Assembly: GCA_963666205.1 (NCBI GenBank)
Contig: OY762654.1
Coordinates: 1,856,001-1,920,000 of the forward strand
Length of the DNA: 64,000 bases
Direction of reading: 5' to 3'
Origin: Synergistales bacterium
GTDB taxonomy: Bacteria > Synergistota > Synergistia > Synergistales > JAFGMB01
In this document: in pieces, positions 9,403-19,107 of the stretch
How the letters are laid out: every line of letters begins with the position of its first letter
Numbering within the stretch: position 1 is the stretch's first letter
Made by a program: the position numbers and the translations under genes
The notes under the pieces: model-generated
Database searches by the model: none
The model's input: only the letters and a program-made list of their open reading frames with translations
What the model was told of the DNA's origin: nothing

Positions 9403-10554
9403 TCAGAACAAACGCCAGAGCGATTCCGGGGAAGTGCTCTTCTTGAAAGCCCCATACCACCTGCAGGGCCAGTAGAGCACCACCAGAACACTCGCCCATG
9501 CAAGGTATCCCGCAGAGTATCCCGATACATCCAGGAATTTCCCCAGAACGCAGAAAAGGGCAATATGAATAATGTAGAAGAAAAAGGGCACTCTTCCGAA
9601 AACCAGGAGAGGGTCATACCTGTCCAGTGACGATTTGATCCTGTTAAAGAATGCCATAGCTATCAGGATGCCCCCAAGGGTCAACAGGACGAAGGCTATG
9701 CTTGGGGGATACTTTGTTATGGAAAGGAAACTGATCAATCCCGATGGCTCCAGGTTGTTTATGTTGCCTATGACACCAGTGAACCTTACTGCCACGAAGG
9801 CGACAAGAAGGGCTCCACCGACCAGGTGCATTTTCTGGAACACTTTTACCCCATACTCCACAAGAAAACGTCCCAGGGCCATACCTGCCAGGGTTATTCC
9901 CAGCCAGGGGATGATGGGATAGGCCATGATCGCCGGTCCTGCAGGGGTCATAAATTCCCAGGGAACGAACAGCAGAGTCTCCGGAATCGTGATGGTGCCG
10001 GCAACTTCTTTAATGGGCAGTCCCAGGGGAAGTAATAAGGTGGTTGATACAACGCAAACTACTGAAAGGATCAACAGCCACAATGGTCGTAATTTGATGA
10101 GGAATGATCCAACTATCATGGAAGCACCCAGGGTGGCTATGATGGTTAAGAAAACGAACCATTGGGGTCCCTCCGGCCTCACAAGGAATCCCCAGTTCCA
10201 GAAAAAATCCTCCAGGGTCAGGGACGCAACTATCAGAATAAGGCCTCTTACCAGGAAATGGCGGATCAGGGAACCTGTTCCCCAGCCTCGCTTGATCCTG
10301 GATTCTGCGAAGAGTATCATGCCTGCTCCCATGAGAAGAGCAAAACCCGGTGCGCAGAGGTGAGTCACCCACCTGGTGAAAAAGACCAGCAGGGAACCGC
10401 TGTAGTCCGACATGGGCCTGGCCCACATTTCGCTGACATGTACATGGGCCAGTAATGCCATGGAATGATCCAGGGCCATCAATATCATTATTAGACCCTT
10501 TGCAGAGTCAAGTTCAAGTAATCGTTTTGGAGAGAGTGTGTGTTGCGTTGTCAT
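9403..10554 (-). CDS. DUF1624 / heparan-alpha-glucosaminide N-acetyltransferase-like membrane protein
   Basis: LDSAKGLIMILMALDH, FFTRWVTHLCAPGF and KYPPS motifs. Confidence 0.85.
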   Translation of the reverse strand: MTTQHTLSPKRLLELDSAKGLIMILMALDHSMALLAHVHVSEMWARPMSDYSGSLLVFFTRWVTHLCAPGFALLMGAGMILFAESRIKRGWGTGSLIRHFLVRGLILIVASLTLEDFFWNWGFLVRPEGPQWFVFLTIIATLGASMIVGSFLIKLRPLWLLILSVVCVVSTTLLLPLGLPIKEVAGTITIPETLLFVPWEFMTPAGPAIMAYPIIPWLGITLAGMALGRFLVEYGVKVFQKMHLVGGALLVAFVAVRFTGVIGNINNLEPSGLISFLSITKYPPSIAFVLLTLGGILIAMAFFNRIKSSLDRYDPLLVFGRVPFFFYIIHIALFCVLGKFLDVSGYSAGYLAWASVLVVLYWPCRWYGAFKKSTSPESLWRLF

Positions 10555-10615
10555 TATGTACCCACCTTTTTGAGAAATTAAAATTCGGATACTTTCTACA
10601 AAGTTTTGCTATTAT

Positions 10616-11323
10616 TTAACCTATATTTAACTTTCTTATATTAGCATCCAATATAGTTCTTTCACAAGTCCCGCCCAGGTTAGTCTGAACTCTCTCCGCA
10701 AGGTCATTAACTGCCTGTTCGAATTCTGAGAACCTGGAACTGTCAACGAGCTCTATGCACAGAAAGGCATTTTTAGTGTTCTCGGTCAGGATGGTCCTGT
10801 TGGCTTCGCGCCAGTTCCAGCAGCGGCAGATGGCACCAGCATCATCCTTGTAGACCACTTCACCTTCATAGGGAGGGGAGTTTTCGTCACTCCCCAGGGG
10901 AACAAATTCTTCATCGCCGATGGCCCTTGTGAGCCTGATGTCTCCGACGAAGGTGTCTATATCCTCGCCGCCGCATGGGAGGGCATATTTCAGTGAAATA
11001 GAGTTGTAAATGTCCACCAGGGGATTGATGGTTCCTATATGATTTCCTTTCTGAACTCTTTTCAGCAGGGCTTCTATGGATGACCTGGCTCCTTTCTTTG
11101 TCCTGAACTTCTGAAAGGCTTCCCGCCAGATCCTGATAACGGAGTTGCTGCTGAAATCCTCATCCGGGATATGTACCAGAGCTTCCTTTTCTGCCGCTAA
11201 GAGCATTTCTTCATATTTCCCCTTGTATGTTAGAGAATTGTCAATTCCTTTACAGGTCACTATTCCTATTCTGGCCTCTGGAAATAGCTTCCAGAATGTG
11301 TCTTCCACAACAAATCTTTTCAT
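10616..11323 (-). CDS. Stand-alone B3/B4 (PheRS beta editing-like) domain protein
   Basis: RSSIEALLKR, INPLVDIYNSISL and CRCWNWRE motifs; GAGGAGG RBS before ATG 11323. Confidence 0.9.
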   Translation of the reverse strand: MKRFVVEDTFWKLFPEARIGIVTCKGIDNSLTYKGKYEEMLLAAEKEALVHIPDEDFSSNSVIRIWREAFQKFRTKKGARSSIEALLKRVQKGNHIGTINPLVDIYNSISLKYALPCGGEDIDTFVGDIRLTRAIGDEEFVPLGSDENSPPYEGEVVYKDDAGAICRCWNWREANRTILTENTKNAFLCIELVDSSRFSEFEQAVNDLAERVQTNLGGTCERTILDANIRKLNIG

Positions 11324-11540
11324 TAAAGTAACCTCCTCGAAAGAATCATCAGGTTCTGAATTATAGTGCTTTGCACAGTATTGAAATATCAATTCTTTCA
11401 ACTCTAAAAATTTTACTATTGGAGAAATACCTTTTCCTAAAACAGTAATTACCCTTTTATCGTTCTCATAAAGATCAATAGTGCCAACATCTTTTTAAAA
11501 CTACGCTTATGTAATTTTATTAAATGAAATCCGATTTTAC

Positions 11541-11569
11541 TTGACTAAAAAGAGGCAGGAGTCTACAAT
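11541..11569 (+). promoter_or_regulatory. Sigma70-type promoter of TRAP operon 1
   Basis: TTGACT-17-TACAAT. Confidence 0.65.
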
Positions 11570-11821
11570 TCTATGCAAACATTCCAACTTGAAAGCTAGT
11601 ATGTTAAATGGATACAATAACCAGACAGAGTATGAAGGTCCTCCCGGTTTTATGATCTCAAACAAAGCAATTCAGTGTCCCTTTTTTATGTTACCGTTGT
11701 TCGTATTCATGTGAATAAAATTATCATAACAGAATAAAAGTTTTTCCCCATAACGATGGGGGAGTTAACGCGGAAAACGGGTTTTTACACAGTTTTTTTA
11801 TTTCTTGAAGGAGGTGTTTCA

Positions 11822-12889
11822 ATGAAACACAGAGGTTTAGTAATGTTAGGAATAGTCTTGGCAGTGACTTTAGGTATTCTGGTCACTTGTTGCACTACAC
11901 CAGCCATGGCTAAGGATGACAAGGTTTACAAGTGGAAATTCCAGAGCCATCATACGCCTGGATCACTTGCAGTTGAATCCGCCATCAAACCCTTTATTGA
12001 AAGGGTAGACAAGATGTCTGGCGGCAGGTTGAAAATCAGTCTGCATTATGCAGGGGAACTGGTGAATTATTCGGAAGTGGATAAAGCTCTCCAGTCAAAC
12101 ATGATCCAGATAGCCAATACCAGTTCATTGTTCTTTAGGGGATCTATTCCCATGGGTTGGGTATCGGCACCTAATATGCCGCCCTTTGTTACCCGTACCA
12201 ATGATGAGTTCAACGAACTGTTCCATCATAGGGGAATTGATAACCTGGTAGGAGAGGCTCTGGCAGAGCGCGGTATTCAGTTCCTTGGCAGCCATAGCGT
12301 GGGCAATACTTACTTCTGGAGCAAAAAACCCATTAACTCTCTCGAGGATCTGAAGGGATTCAAGGTAAGGTTCTTCGGTTCCATGTCGGATTGCATGGAA
12401 CATTTCGGAGCTGCTCCCGTCATGCTTCCACATCCGGAAACCTATATGGCAATCGCCACGGGCACCCTTGACGGCAGTGGTACTGCCTGGTGGCTGTATC
12501 GCGACCTCAAGCTCTATGAGGTGTGTCCATATTTTATCGGTCCGGCAATGCAGGTTCCCCAGGGAATGGAACTCTGGGCCTCCAAGAAAGCCTTTGATGC
12601 CCTGCCTGAAGATCTCCAGGCCATCGTTACGACAGCGGCCGAATCCTTTAACACGGATTATATGGATGCTGTGACCATGCAGGAACGTGAGATGTTCAAC
12701 AAGTCCTTCAAAGAGTGGGGAACCACTTACATCGAATTCAGCAAAGAGGATGTAGCAAGGATAACCCACGAGTTCTCCCTGCCCTATCTGGACAAGATCG
12801 CTGCTGAACAGGGACCGAAGGATGAAAGAGTTGTCAAGGCTATCGAGATCATCAAGCAGTTCATGAAGGATTACGGATACGTAGATTAA
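11822..12889 (+). CDS. dctP: TRAP transporter substrate-binding protein (TakP/DctP-like)
   Basis: Signal peptide; WKFQS, MSGGRLKI and KPINSLEDLKGFKVR motifs. Confidence 0.92.
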   Translation: MKHRGLVMLGIVLAVTLGILVTCCTTPAMAKDDKVYKWKFQSHHTPGSLAVESAIKPFIERVDKMSGGRLKISLHYAGELVNYSEVDKALQSNMIQIANTSSLFFRGSIPMGWVSAPNMPPFVTRTNDEFNELFHHRGIDNLVGEALAERGIQFLGSHSVGNTYFWSKKPINSLEDLKGFKVRFFGSMSDCMEHFGAAPVMLPHPETYMAIATGTLDGSGTAWWLYRDLKLYEVCPYFIGPAMQVPQGMELWASKKAFDALPEDLQAIVTTAAESFNTDYMDAVTMQEREMFNKSFKEWGTTYIEFSKEDVARITHEFSLPYLDKIAAEQGPKDERVVKAIEIIKQFMKDYGYVD

Positions 12890-12904
12890 GGAAAAATCAA
12901 TGAG

Positions 12905-12940
12905 AGAACCCCCCTCCTTCAGGGGAGGGGGGTTCTTCTT
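12905..12940 (+). terminator. Intra-operon hairpin/terminator after dctP
   Basis: agaacccccctcc / ggaggggggttct stem. Confidence 0.75.
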
Positions 12941-12944
12941 TATA

Positions 12945-12979
12945 GGTTTTTCAGCAACCCAATGGGTTTTTCAGCAACC
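12945..12979. repeat. Tandem 15-bp direct repeat GGTTTTTCAGCAACC
   Basis: Identical copies at 12945-12959 and 12965-12979. Confidence 0.85.
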
Positions 12980-12994
12980 TAAGCTTCCAATGAG

Positions 12995-13546
12995 GTGAGG
13001 CAATTGAATTCTTTAACTGGTTTTATAAGATTTGTTGACAAGATGAATGATCGAATGGGTAAAATTGTCAGTCTTCTTATTTATCCGATAATGCTCGTGC
13101 TGGTGTACGAGGTGACAATGAGGTATGTCTTCAACAGACCGACGATCTGGGCTCATGAGACTTCCTGTATGCTTTATGGAGCACACTTTGTACTGGGAGG
13201 AGCCTATGCCCTGAAACATAATGCTTTTGTAAATGTCGAGGTTTTCTATATGCGGTTTTCCAAACGCACAAGAGCGATTATTGACCTTGTCAGCTGGAGC
13301 ATGTTCTATATCTTTGTGGGAGTATTGCTCTGGAGAAGCGTGCCCTGGGCATGGGAAAGCTTCTCAGTGCGTGAATTCTCCGACAGTACCTGGGGCCCCT
13401 ATATCTGGCCTTCCAAGCTCACCATACCCGTTGCAGCTTTTTTCATGCTGCTCCAGGGAATTACAAAGACCATCAAAGACGCCGTTCTGGCCTTTACAGG
13501 ACATGAACTGGTTGTAGCGGACACCGAAGCCGCTGCCGGAAACTGA
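12995..13546 (+). CDS. dctQ: TRAP transporter small permease
   Basis: YEVTMRYVFNRPTIWAHE motif; 4 TM. Confidence 0.92.
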   Translation: MRQLNSLTGFIRFVDKMNDRMGKIVSLLIYPIMLVLVYEVTMRYVFNRPTIWAHETSCMLYGAHFVLGGAYALKHNAFVNVEVFYMRFSKRTRAIIDLVSWSMFYIFVGVLLWRSVPWAWESFSVREFSDSTWGPYIWPSKLTIPVAAFFMLLQGITKTIKDAVLAFTGHELVVADTEAAAGN

Positions 13547-13555
13547 GGTGACATT

Positions 13556-14869
13556 ATGGATATAGCAATGATTTCAATTTTACTTTTTGGCAGCATGTTC
13601 CTGCTATTGGCATCAGGACTTCCCGTCGCTTTTGTCCTTGGAGGACTGGCTACGATCTTTACTGGAGTTTTCTGGGGTCCTGAGTCCCTCTTTATCATTG
13701 TTGCCAGAACCTATTCAATGATGTCCACCACTACTCTGGTTGCTGCTCCCCTTTTCGTGTTGATGGCAGTGGTTCTGGAAAAATCCGGTGTAGCAGAGGA
13801 CCTCTTCGAGATGATGTACCGCTGGTCGGGAGGCATCAAGGGAGGATTGGCAGTTGGTACTGTTTTTGCCTGTACACTCATAGCAGCCATGTCAGGAATA
13901 GCCTCCACCGGGGTGGTCGTGATGGGTGTAATGGCTCTCCCAGCCATGATCAAGAGAGGATATGACAAGAGACTTGCCACTGGATGTATCCTTGCTGGAG
14001 GAGTTCTGGGTCCCCTTGTTCCTCCCAGTATCGCACTGGTCCTTTACGGAACAATTGCCCAGGTATCCGTAGGCGAGCTATTTGCCGGAGGAATGGGCGC
14101 CGGACTGCTCTGCTCCGCTCTTATCATCGGCTACATATTGATCAGATGTTATCTGAATCCTTCATTAGGACCGGCTATTCCCGAGGAGGAAAGGGCTGAC
14201 TTCGGGGCGAAGATGAGATCCCTTAAAGGAGTAGTCCTTCCCCTTCTTCTGATAACTGCCGTTCTGGGCTCGATCTACACAGGTATTGCCACTCCAACTG
14301 AGGCAGCTGCAGTAGGAGCTTTTGGTGCTTTTGTGTGTAGCGCCATCCATAAACGGCTGAACTGGCAACTGATCAAAAGCGCTGCCTACGTTACCATACA
14401 GGTTCAGGGTTTCATGATGTGGATACTCTTTGCCGCCCAGGGATTTGCGGCCGTATACATGGGTCTGGGAGCCTCAAGGATGGTTATCAGTCTGGTTGAA
14501 AAATATCAGGTAGGCTGGTGGGCCATGCTCATAGGCATACAGGTGGTCTGGTTCCTCCTTGGTCTTGTCATCGACGCATGGAGCATATTGATGATCACCC
14601 TTCCCATCCTTCTTCCTCTTCTGCCTATGTACGGATTTGACCCCCTTTGGCTGGGTGTTCTTTACGCTGTAAATACGCAGACAGGTTACCTGACGCCGCC
14701 ATTCGGAACCATGTTGTTCATGATGAAGGGAATTGCGCCTAAGGAAGTGTCCATGAACGATATCTACGCTTCCATTGTGCCCTTTGTTATAACCCAGCTG
14801 GTCTGTCTGACCCTTTGTATAATATTCCCGAAGATCGTTACCTGGCTTCCGGACCTTCTTTTCAATTAG
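13556..14869 (+). CDS. dctM: TRAP transporter large permease
   Basis: GLPVAF, LVPPSI, ATPTEAAAVG and TPPFG motifs. Confidence 0.95.
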   Translation: MDIAMISILLFGSMFLLLASGLPVAFVLGGLATIFTGVFWGPESLFIIVARTYSMMSTTTLVAAPLFVLMAVVLEKSGVAEDLFEMMYRWSGGIKGGLAVGTVFACTLIAAMSGIASTGVVVMGVMALPAMIKRGYDKRLATGCILAGGVLGPLVPPSIALVLYGTIAQVSVGELFAGGMGAGLLCSALIIGYILIRCYLNPSLGPAIPEEERADFGAKMRSLKGVVLPLLLITAVLGSIYTGIATPTEAAAVGAFGAFVCSAIHKRLNWQLIKSAAYVTIQVQGFMMWILFAAQGFAAVYMGLGASRMVISLVEKYQVGWWAMLIGIQVVWFLLGLVIDAWSILMITLPILLPLLPMYGFDPLWLGVLYAVNTQTGYLTPPFGTMLFMMKGIAPKEVSMNDIYASIVPFVITQLVCLTLCIIFPKIVTWLPDLLFN

Positions 14870-14915
14870 GGAGCTTTCGTGGGAGTAGAACAATAGCATT
14901 TCATGAAAATCTTTC

Positions 14916-14941
14916 AGGCGAGGGGATACCCCCTCGCCTTT
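14916..14941. terminator. Hairpin between convergent TRAP and trp operons
   Basis: aggcgagggg / cccctcgcct stem. Confidence 0.7.
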
Positions 14942-15023
14942 ACTGATATGAAGAGGTAAGGAACCTAACCCCAGTCCATACATTTCTTTTCCGGCCTTTA
15001 TTCATATTGATGAAATTCTTTTC

Positions 15024-15676
15024 TCAACTGATATTTCTCAGAAGACTGAAATCTTTTTCCCGTATCTTCTTCACTGCCTGCCGCATAAGTTCCGCATCCT
15101 TCTTTCCGGGTTCCGTTTCAAGTCTGCTATTCAGATCCACTGCCGAAGGTCTGCATATACGGATAGCCTCGGATACGTTCTCCGGCCCGAGTCCTCCTGC
15201 CACAATGAACGGTTTTTCTGCGGCAACCTGTTTTAAAAGGGACCAGTCAAAGCTCTTTCCCGTTCCTCCGGAGTTTTTCCCGACCCGGGTGTCGAAAAGG
15301 AAATAGTCAGCCCCCTGATAATTCTGAATTTCTTCAAGATCTTCTTTCGAACTTATACTGAAGGCCTTGATGGTCTTTATCGGAAGACCCTTCAGCACAA
15401 ATGGGTCTTCCTGGCCGTGAAACTGGATGTGACTGAAAAGGCCACTGGATACTATCCCTTCCAGTTCATCGGCATTGGGGTTCACCACCACTGCCACTGT
15501 AGAGACGAAGGGAGGGAGTCCCTCGGTAAGCTTAGCCACATCTTCAAGGGAAACCGGCGCGGACTTTCTGCCAGGATAAATCCCAGTCCGTCCACCCCGA
15601 GTTCAACTGCTTTCAACACGTCTTTTCTGCGGGTCATACCGCAGACCTTTATCCGTGTCATCTGATACCGGGTCAC
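15024..15676 (-). pseudogene. trpF: Phosphoribosylanthranilate isomerase, split by a 1-bp frameshift (or sequencing error)
   Basis: N-terminal RIKVCG...GFILAESPRR in one frame; QFHGQE...GGTGKSFDW...AGGL in another; junction near 15553. Confidence 0.85.
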
Positions 15677-16701
15677 GCGACACCCTCCTCCCGCGAACGG
15701 CCAAAGGCTGCTACTTCCCTGACTTTTGCCGCGGCAAGGCCGCTGTCGATGATCTCTTTGGCCATTTGTGCTCCAGTCTTCAGGGAATCGACCCTTCCGG
15801 CAGTTAAAAAGGCAGCGGCAGCGTTGAAGACGACGACGTCCCTGTGAGGTCCCTTTTCTCCAGCAAATATCCTTTGGATGATCCGGCAGTTTTCCTTCGC
15901 TGTTCCTCCTTTGGCATAAGCGGCTTTAGCCAGTGGGAGTCCGGCTTCCCCAGGAGAAATCTCCAGATCGTTCACAACGCCGTCTTTAAGAAAACTTGCT
16001 TTGTTGGGTCCGCTTAACGAAAATTCGTCCATCCCCCCATGACCATGGACCACAAGGGCACGTTTAACACCCAGCTTTCCAAGGACCTCTGCCATGGGAT
16101 GGACAAGTTCGGGGGAAAATACACCCATAAGCTGATGGTCCGGGCGTGCAGGATTTGTCAGGGGACCCAGTATGTTGAATATGGTTCGCAATCCCAGGGC
16201 CTTGCGAACCGGGGCAACATTTCTCATGGCTTTGTGAAAATATGGAGCGAATATGAATCCGAACCCTGTTCTTGCAACGCTGTCTGCCACATCGACAGGA
16301 TTTGCAAGGAGAGGGATGCCCAGCGTTTCCAGAACATCAGCGCTGCCGCATTGACTGGAGACCGAGCGGTTGCCATGCTTGGCCACGCTCAGGCCAGCGG
16401 CGGCAGTAACGAGGGCTGAAGCTGTGGAGATGTTAAAAGTTCCTGTACAGTCACCGCCAGTTCCGACGATTTCAAGCAGAGGGTTCCTTTCTATTTCAAC
16501 AGGAAGGGCTTTTTCTCTCATGACCCTGGCGGCTTCAGCGATTTCCACCACGGTTTCACCTTTGGCCCTGAGGCCTGTAAGAAATGCCGCCATCTGAGCA
16601 TCTGAAACTTTCCCCTCCATTATTACTTTCATAGCCCGATTCATTTCCCGTGCCGTAAGGTCGGTTCGCATAAGGATCTTTTCAAGATATTCTCTAAGCA
16701 T
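15673..16701 (-). CDS. trpD: Anthranilate phosphoribosyltransferase
   Basis: GTGGD, NIST, KHGNRSVSS and RTIFNILGPLTNP motifs. Confidence 0.97.
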   Translation of the reverse strand: MLREYLEKILMRTDLTAREMNRAMKVIMEGKVSDAQMAAFLTGLRAKGETVVEIAEAARVMREKALPVEIERNPLLEIVGTGGDCTGTFNISTASALVTAAAGLSVAKHGNRSVSSQCGSADVLETLGIPLLANPVDVADSVARTGFGFIFAPYFHKAMRNVAPVRKALGLRTIFNILGPLTNPARPDHQLMGVFSPELVHPMAEVLGKLGVKRALVVHGHGGMDEFSLSGPNKASFLKDGVVNDLEISPGEAGLPLAKAAYAKGGTAKENCRIIQRIFAGEKGPHRDVVVFNAAAAFLTAGRVDSLKTGAQMAKEIIDSGLAAAKVREVAAFGRSREEGVA

Positions 16702-16731
16702 GTTTATCTCAGCTCCTCTCATGTTAGAAGA

Positions 16732-17301
16732 TCACGCGATCTTCTGCAGGTAAAAATTCTTCAGAAGTTCCATGCCTGACTCCGTAAGGATGGACTCTGG
16801 ATGAAACTGTACGCCGAAAAGAGGGAGATCGCGGTGTTCCATGGCCATGATCGTCCCATCATCCGTTCGGGCGGTAACCTCCAGTACCTCAGGAAGGGAG
16901 GATTCCTCAGCCACAAGAGAGTGGTACCTTGTGGCCCGGAACGGAATGGGAAGACCTTCAAGAATACCCTTGCTTTCGTGATGGATCTCGGATACCTTCC
17001 CGTGAAATGGTTCTGCCGCGCGGATCACTTTTCCTCCCAGGACCTCTGCTATGCTCTGGTGGCCAAGACATACACCAAGGATAGGTGCAAATCCCATCAG
17101 GACCTGGATGACCTCTTTCGAGATGCCTGCTTCGGATGGTGTTCCAGGACCCGGCGAGATGACTATGTGACTTGGCGCCAGGGCTCTTATCTCCGCGAGG
17201 GTGGCCTGGTCGTTACGTATCGTTTTGACCTCGTCGAGTTCGGAAAGGTACTGGACAAGGTTGTAAGTGAATGAATCATAGTTGTCGATCATGAGGATCA
17301 T
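16732..17301 (-). CDS. trpG: Anthranilate synthase component II
   Basis: IDNYDSFTYNL, SPGPG, GVCLGHQ and QFHPES motifs. Confidence 0.97.
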   Translation of the reverse strand: MILMIDNYDSFTYNLVQYLSELDEVKTIRNDQATLAEIRALAPSHIVISPGPGTPSEAGISKEVIQVLMGFAPILGVCLGHQSIAEVLGGKVIRAAEPFHGKVSEIHHESKGILEGLPIPFRATRYHSLVAEESSLPEVLEVTARTDDGTIMAMEHRDLPLFGVQFHPESILTESGMELLKNFYLQKIA

Positions 17302-18839
17302 CTGGCATTTCTCCTTTCAAGGCTCTTTTCCAGTGCCCGTAAAAGAGCCCTGGCTTTACTCCGGGTCTCCTCGTATTCTTTTTCAGGAACTGAATCGTAG
17401 ACGATGCCTGCGCCTGCCTGGACAGTGATGGTATTACCTTCCCGAACCAGGGTCCGGATGACGATACATGTATCCAGGTCCCCATCAAAGCTAATGTAGC
17501 CTACCGCCCCTGCATAGGGACCCCGGGGATAGGGTTCGAGTTCCTCTATGATCTCCATAGCCCGGATCTTGGGGGCACCTGAAACGGTACCAGCCGGGAA
17601 AGAGGACTCTAGAACATCCAGGGAGCTCAGGTCCTTCCGTTTTTTACCTTCCACCTGGGATACTATATGCATAACCTGTGAATAGTATTCCAACCCCATC
17701 AATTCCGTTACGGTTACTGTTCCCGTTCTGCAAACCCTGCCTAGATCGTTACGGGAAAGGTCTACAAGCATAAGATGTTCAGCTCGCTCCTTTTCGTCAG
17801 ATAGAAGATCTTCGGCCAGGATTCTGTCCTCTGACACGGAATTTCCCCGACGGCGGGTTCCAGCCAGCGGACGGGTGATAATATGTTCACCCTCCACGCG
17901 GACCAGAACTTCTGGCGATGATCCGATGAGTTCAAGTTCAGGAAGGTTTAGGTAGAAGAGATAAGGGGAGGGGTTGATCTCTTTAAGTGACTCGTATATT
18001 TCGAGGGAGGGAAGGTTGGTCTCGGTTGTAAAACGCTGTGACAGAACAACCTGACATATATCTCCGGCCATTATGTGCTCCCGTCCCTTTCTTACCATTT
18101 CGAGGAAGTCGCTTTTCGGTATGTGTGCCTGGATATCTCCAAGAAAGAAGGTTCCGCTGGAAGGATTTTCTGTAGGATCCTCTTCGATACGATCCGCAAG
18201 ATTTTCAAGGACTTGTACCCCTCCCAGGTAAAGGGCTTTCATTGAATTATGATCCGTATTTTCTGGAATGCGGACGTTATGTATAAGCAGGATCTGCCGG
18301 GTCTCATGATCGAGCGCTGCAACAGTAACAAACCCCATCAGCAGGGCTGCATCATGGCTTGAGGGGTTCAGTTTTTTCCCCGTTCCATGGAACAGGTCTT
18401 CCCATTTTTCCACCATGCCGTAACCGAAGTATCCGGCCACTCCTCCCGTAAAAGGGGGAAGATCTCCTTTTACCCGGGGTTTCCGGCAGGACAGGTAATC
18501 TCTGATAGCATTCCGGCTTCCCCCGGGAGAAGGATAAAAACTGGTTGGATAACCCTTTTCATTGATGACGGTACAGCCTTCATTGCTTACACGGAAGAGC
18601 CTTTCGGGGTCCACCCCGATGAAGGAATAACGGCCCTCCTTTTCTTTCCGGTGGCCGCTCTCAAGGAGGAAAGAGTTCACCCTTCCTTTGCTGAGTTTTC
18701 GATAGATGGAAAGGGGTGTCTCTTCTCCCATATCCATTTCCAGAACCAGGGGGATGAGGTTATACTGTCCTGTCTGGTTAGTGAAACTTTGCAGGCTCGT
18801 CATTTTCTCTCTGGTTTTGTCCGTTACTTGTCTCATCAT
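17298..18839 (-). CDS. trpE: Anthranilate synthase component I
   Basis: NPSPY, PLAGT, KERAEHLMLVDL and FPAGTVSGAPK motifs; GGAGG RBS before ATG 18839. Confidence 0.96.
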   Translation of the reverse strand: MMRQVTDKTREKMTSLQSFTNQTGQYNLIPLVLEMDMGEETPLSIYRKLSKGRVNSFLLESGHRKEKEGRYSFIGVDPERLFRVSNEGCTVINEKGYPTSFYPSPGGSRNAIRDYLSCRKPRVKGDLPPFTGGVAGYFGYGMVEKWEDLFHGTGKKLNPSSHDAALLMGFVTVAALDHETRQILLIHNVRIPENTDHNSMKALYLGGVQVLENLADRIEEDPTENPSSGTFFLGDIQAHIPKSDFLEMVRKGREHIMAGDICQVVLSQRFTTETNLPSLEIYESLKEINPSPYLFYLNLPELELIGSSPEVLVRVEGEHIITRPLAGTRRRGNSVSEDRILAEDLLSDEKERAEHLMLVDLSRNDLGRVCRTGTVTVTELMGLEYYSQVMHIVSQVEGKKRKDLSSLDVLESSFPAGTVSGAPKIRAMEIIEELEPYPRGPYAGAVGYISFDGDLDTCIVIRTLVREGNTITVQAGAGIVYDSVPEKEYEETRSKARALLRALEKSLERRNAR

Positions 18840-18881
18840 GGAAAACCTCCTGAACATCTCCTTACCCGCGGGTTAGGATAT

Positions 18882-19045
18882 AAAAAAAGGGGAGGGGCCT
18901 TAAGCAGGCCCCTCCCCGATAAAAAAATACACGAAAGGCCTTGAAGTGAATCCCAATGGGATCCGCCTCCAAGGCCTCTCGCTAATCTATATACTTGCGA
19001 TCGATCAGGCTCCTGGCGGCAGACTTAGAAGATCTGCCACCACCA
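18882..19045 (-). promoter_or_regulatory. Trp transcription attenuator with two tandem terminator hairpins
   Basis: Alternative pairings after the Trp codons; hairpins 18932-18981 and 18889-18917, each followed by a U-rich tract on the minus strand. Confidence 0.88.
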
Positions 19046-19072
19046 ATTCCGGGTTGTGAAAGCTTTACTCAT
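19025..19072 (-). CDS. trpL: trp operon leader peptide MSKAFTTRNWWWQIF
   Basis: 15-aa ORF with three consecutive TGG; AGGAG RBS; between promoter and trpE. Confidence 0.93.
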   Translation of the reverse strand: MSKAFTTRNWWWQIF

Positions 19073-19107
19073 GATCGCACGCTCCTGTTTATAAGTTGTT
19101 GGCGGAA

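Noticed and set aside
9288-9617. 109-aa ORF ending FTAEDGEVAQSRQRR
   Set aside because: Overlaps the DUF1624 gene out of frame; the tail is translated repeat DNA
12125-12769. 214-aa minus-strand ORF
   Set aside because: Antisense shadow of dctP
15540-15560. Programmed -1 frameshift in trpF
   Set aside because: No canonical slippery heptamer in the right frame; an indel is simpler
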